A stretch of DNA of 64,000 nt from Azolla caroliniana (lineage: Eukaryota > Plantae > Polypodiophyta). Location: positions 21,514,001 through 21,578,000 of the forward strand of contig JBHGNT010000002.1 in assembly GCA_043228905.1 (NCBI GenBank). The letters run 5' to 3'. Position 1 is the first letter of the stretch; every line of letters starts with the position of its first letter. A program made the translations under genes and the position numbers. The notes below the pieces were generated by a model. It did no database searches. It saw only the letters and a list, made by a program, of their open reading frames with translations, and was not told the origin of the DNA. This document shows positions 63,079-64,000 of the stretch, one piece after another.

Positions 63079-63452
63079 TACACTGAACTGCTTGTCGAAA
63101 TTGTAACTCCTCCATCGTTGGCAGTGTATGATATAGTGCTGACATATCCATACTTCGTACATTTATCGGCTGTCGGCCCATAGCGATTGCCTTATCAATC
63201 ACTTGCTCGATATTTTGATTCCGGAAATCGAACACCTTCAGTGTTGTTCGTAATGGTTCCCGAATTACACTGAACTGCTTGTCGAAATTGTAACTCCTCC
63301 ATCGTTGGCAGTGTATGATATAGTGCTGACATATCCATACTTCGTACATTTATCGGCTGTCGGCCCATAGCGATTGCCTTATCAATCACTTGCTCGATAT
63401 TTTGATTCCGGAAATCGAACACCTTCAGTGTTGTTCGTAATGGTTCCCGAAT
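63079..63452. repeat. 187-bp tandem duplication in the gag of G
   Basis: 63079-63265 and 63266-63452 appear identical. The ORF track shows the same peptide twice in different frames. Confidence 0.93.
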
Positions 63453-64000
63453 TGCTTCAAGGAATACATCCTTCAATTCATCGTCCGGAATAGGCCTACA
63501 AATTTGCAATGCAAATTTTGAAAATGAATCACGAATTGAGACACCGTTTCCTACTACTCCTGAGATAACACATAAATTTGCGCTATCAAGTCTTTTTGAG
63601 GTATTTGACAATGAAATAAGTGCAGAAATTTGTTGTTCAATTGTTTGAATGTTTCGAAACCACGAAGACCATTTTACGCAAACCAATTAGCAGAATAACC
63701 CTCTAATGACAAAATGAACTCAACAATCTTTGACTTATCTTTTGTTGCCGCCGACAGTCTCTGAGCTCCATGGTTAATCTCCCATGTTGTCACAAAATCC
63801 CTCACATGCGCTTCTGCATCAGCTCCCTCGCGGAACTTTGAGTACGGATAAGGCATATTGTCCTCACTCTAAATATCGTAAAATGATACCTCTTCCGGCT
63901 GATTTTCGTCAGAAGACTGGCTATCAGTTAAATCAGGAAGTACCGTTCACCTTCTACTTGTTTCGCACTGTAAGCCCTCAGCCGATTCCGTCTCTAGCGT

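Larger units (their letters stand above)
50495..64000 (-). mobile_element. Ty3/gypsy element 'G' (non-chromovirus), degenerate, 5' end outside the window, interrupted by copia F
   Basis: Gag about 63857-62050 with CCHC knuckles, protease TIINGGSGVNV (~62030), RT WLSPIVVVPKK...VFLDDF, RNase H RNYSTIEREALG, INT 55252-53945 (WGLDFVGP, KLRYRWTGP), extra ORF, and a putative 3' LTR about 50495-50950 with minus-strand TATAAAA near 50770. Confidence 0.88.

Overview
Eukaryotic, transposon-dense window, most likely from a non-seed land plant (inferred from the element types and the FAR gene). It holds one intact host gene: an 8-exon fatty acyl-CoA reductase of the MS2/FAR family on the minus strand (36596-40519, 537 aa). 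A decayed partial tandem copy lies next to it (about 31404-33982). Left of the gene is a deep nest. An old Ty1/copia (C) hosts a full-length Ty3/gypsy (798-8575), a solo LTR (9930-10563) and copia A (11156-24635). An RTEX-like LINE splits the 3' LTR of A, and copia B (18608-23570) splits the LINE. Two more copia elements (D and E) are fused head-to-head at a deletion junction near 30330. A hAT element with a nested Mutator-like MITE sits about 580 bp upstream of FAR. Right of it is a second nest ending in a minus-strand gypsy (G) with a long extra 3' ORF, interrupted by a very young copia (F) that lacks its whole RT domain. Top leads: (1) antisense tRNA-derived Pol III A/B-box modules with identical spacing in the LTRs of three different retroelements; (2) a candidate -1 ribosomal frameshift signal (GGAUUUU plus stem or pseudoknot) placed after the protease; (3) the RT-less Gag-PR-INT copia F; (4) the coiled-coil extra ORF of G. 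All coordinates were read by eye and no database searches were run.
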